Part shown: positions 61,832 to 64,000 of the stretch, piece by piece
Layout of the letters: the number at the start of each line of letters is the position of its first letter
Numbering within the stretch: the stretch's first letter is position 1
IMG/VR virus record: IMGVR_UViG_3300029516_000004
Span: 31,480-95,479 of that record
Source: a virus
Taxonomy: Duplodnaviria > Heunggongvirae > Uroviricota > Caudoviricetes
Length of the DNA: 64,000 nt
Strand: one strand, 5' to 3'
Notes under the pieces: model-generated
What the model was told of the DNA's origin: nothing
What the model saw: only the letters and a program-made list of their open reading frames with translations
Database searches by the model: none
Made by a program: the position numbers and the translations under genes

Positions 61832-64000
61832 ATGAATGACGTTACAGTTGTCACATCGGTTACTTACCCATCACCCGAGTCGTTGGCTCTGGTGGCTGAT
61901 GTGCAATACCACGAACCATATCTGTCAGCCGCGCTAAACCGAAAATTCAGGGGGATTGTTGACCCGGGATTTTATGCCGGTTTCTTACCTAAGCCTGGCG
62001 GTGGGATGAACCTGTTAATCACCTCAGTGGATGGTGATAAAACCGCAGGCGCGGCGTCGGTGGATATTGGTGAATTCTACCAGGTAACTATTCAGCAACG
62101 TAAGGATATTTCTCTTGCACTTAGTGCAGGCAAGAAATATGCAATTGTGCTGAAGGGAAGATACCTCCTTGGAGAAGATACCTATCAGGTGAATACCGCG
62201 TCACATATTCATGCGGCTGAATTTGTTTCCAGAACCTATACCGATTCATATCAGTTAGGAGATGGGGAGCTGCTTGTTTGTACGGTGAATATCCCTGCTG
62301 GTGTATCTGCCATTACCCAGGAGATGATTGATACATCCAAGCGTATCAACCGCACGATCGGCATTGATATTTCAGACTCTGTAACCAGTACCAGAAGTGA
62401 TGTTGCTGCGAGTTCGCTGGCAGTTAAAAAAGCCTACGATCTGGCTAAAAGCAAGTATACGGCGCAGGATGCAAGCACAACACAAAAGGGATTAGTTCAG
62501 CTCAGTAGCGCAACTAACAGCGACAGCGAAACAATGGCGGCTACCCCTAAAGCCGTTAAGTCGGTAAAAGAGCTGGCTGATACCAAAGCGCCAATAGAAA
62601 GCCCGAGTCTGACAGGAACGCCAACCGCGCCGACGGCAGCGCAAGGTACAAACAGCACGCAGATCGCAAATACAGCCTTTGTTAAGGCAGCTATAACGGC
62701 ACTTATCAACGGTGCACCTGGCACACTGGATACGCTTAAAGAAATAGCTGCTGCGATCAATAACGACCCGAATTTCAGCACAACTATCAACAATGCTCTG
62801 GCTCTTAAAGCTCCTTTAGCAAGTCCTGCATTAACGGGAATACCTACTGCGCCTACCGCTGCACAGGGTACGAATAACACGCAGATTGCTACGACCGCTT
62901 ATGTAAGAGCTGCTATCTCTGCATTGGTCGGCTCATCACCTGAAGCTCTTGATACTCTGAATGAGCTTGCAGCAGCACTGGGCAATGACCCGAACTTTGC
63001 GACAACAATGACAAATGCGCTGGCAGGCAAACAGCCTCTGGATGCAACTTTAACCGCGCTCGCTGCCCTTGCGACTGGTGCAAACAAACTGCCTTATTTC
63101 ACTGGTAAGGATACGGTAGCGCAGACTGATTTAACGTCAGTCGGTCGCGATATTCTGGCTAAAACAAGCACACTGGCCGTTATCCAATACCTTGGTTTAA
63201 GTGAACTCGGTACCAGCGGTGAAAAGATCCCCCTGTTGAGCACGGCTAACACATGGAGTGCGCGCCAGACTTTCAACGGCGGGATCACCGGGGCGCTGAC
63301 AGGGAACGCCGACACCGCGACGAAATTGAAAACAGCACGCACGATTGGCGGTGTGGCATTTGATGGCTCCGCCAATATCAACCTGCCGGGTGTAAACATT
63401 GCTGGTAACCAGAACACCACGGGGAATGCTGCTACCGCGACAAAACTTGCGACGGCAAGAAACATCAACGGTGTTAAGTTTGATGGCTCAGGCGATATCA
63501 ACATTAATACATTGGTATCTCGTGGCCGAGTTACGGCGTTAAGCGGCTCTACTCAAGGCACTGCTGGCATTCAAATGTACGAGGCGTACAACAATAGCTA
63601 CCCGACCACGTATGGCAACGTATTGCACATGAAAGGTGCGAGTGCTGCTGGTGAGGGCGAGTTGCTTATTGGCTGGAGTGGTACGAGCGGTGCACATGCG
63701 CCAGTTTTCATTCGCTCCCGAAGAGATAACACAGATGCGGCATGGTCAGCGTGGGCGCAGGTATATACATCAAGGGACTCCATTCCTGGTGTGAATGCCA
63801 CTGGCAATCAGAATACAACTGGCAATGCAGCAACCGCTACAAAACTACAGACGGCAAGAACTATCGGCGGAGTTAGCTTTGATGGTACTGCGAATATTAA
63901 TTTACCTGGTGTTAACGTTGCGGGTAACCAGAACACCACGGGGAATGCTGCTACCGCGACAAAACTTGCGACGGCAAGAAACATCAACGGTGTTAAGTTT
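61832..64000 (+). CDS. S: tail fibre protein S, 5' portion (ORF runs off window end)
   Basis: Manual translation MNDVTVVTSVTYPSPESLALVADVQYHEPYL... with repeated motifs TAPTAAQGTNNTQIA and NQNTTGNAATATKL; open to 64000; includes perfect 78-bp direct repeat (63404-63481 and 63923-64000). Confidence 0.8.
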   Translation, partial: MNDVTVVTSVTYPSPESLALVADVQYHEPYLSAALNRKFRGIVDPGFYAGFLPKPGGGMNLLITSVDGDKTAGAASVDIGEFYQVTIQQRKDISLALSAGKKYAIVLKGRYLLGEDTYQVNTASHIHAAEFVSRTYTDSYQLGDGELLVCTVNIPAGVSAITQEMIDTSKRINRTIGIDISDSVTSTRSDVAASSLAVKKAYDLAKSKYTAQDASTTQKGLVQLSSATNSDSETMAATPKAVKSVKELADTKAPIESPSLTGTPTAPTAAQGTNSTQIANTAFVKAAITALINGAPGTLDTLKEIAAAINNDPNFSTTINNALALKAPLASPALTGIPTAPTAAQGTNNTQIATTAYVRAAISALVGSSPEALDTLNELAAALGNDPNFATTMTNALAGKQPLDATLTALAALATGANKLPYFTGKDTVAQTDLTSVGRDILAKTSTLAVIQYLGLSELGTSGEKIPLLSTANTWSARQTFNGGITGALTGNADTATKLKTARTIGGVAFDGSANINLPGVNIAGNQNTTGNAATATKLATARNINGVKFDGSGDININTLVSRGRVTALSGSTQGTAGIQMYEAYNNSYPTTYGNVLHMKGASAAGEGELLIGWSGTSGAHAPVFIRSRRDNTDAAWSAWAQVYTSRDSIPGVNATGNQNTTGNAATATKLQTARTIGGVSFDGTANINLPGVNVAGNQNTTGNAATATKLATARNINGVKF

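Noticed and set aside
62497-63504. Minus-strand ORFs of 60-136 aa (62497-62880, 62899-63087, 63094-63504)
   Set aside because: Antisense to tail-fibre gene S, which is open in frame through the window end; Ala/Gly-rich reverse frames are typical artefacts.

Overview
This window reads as a P1-family temperate phage / phage-plasmid segment, in reverse orientation to the usual loxP-to-cre convention. Recognised from the sequence: the 5' part of cre and a perfect loxP; the coi-c1 immunity genes with C1 operator 17-mers; pacA/pacB with the GATC-hexamer pac site; lpa; phd-doc; a Ban (DnaB-like) operon with three tRNAs and TerB-like tci genes; a fused C5/N6 methyltransferase (Dmt-like); the RepA iteron replicon with ParA/ParB/parS; the c4-icd-ant-kilA-repL module; and late virion operons (head, sheath, baseplate, Sit transglycosylase, tail fibre S running off the 3' edge). 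Two accessory insertions stand out. The first is a roughly 7.3 kb type IC restriction-modification locus, hsdM-hsdS-prrC-hsdR, with an embedded PrrC-type anticodon nuclease, sitting next to phd-doc. The second is an intact IS200/IS605-family TnpB element next to repL. Further observations include a TAEL-coding 12-bp triple repeat in hsdS, a 28-codon hydrophobic ORF behind a C1 operator, structured repeats and a tRNA-like remnant in the tRNA region, and an in-frame duplication inside sit. All calls rest on reading the sequence and remembered family features; no database search was run, and P1 gene names for poorly characterised ORFs are left blank.
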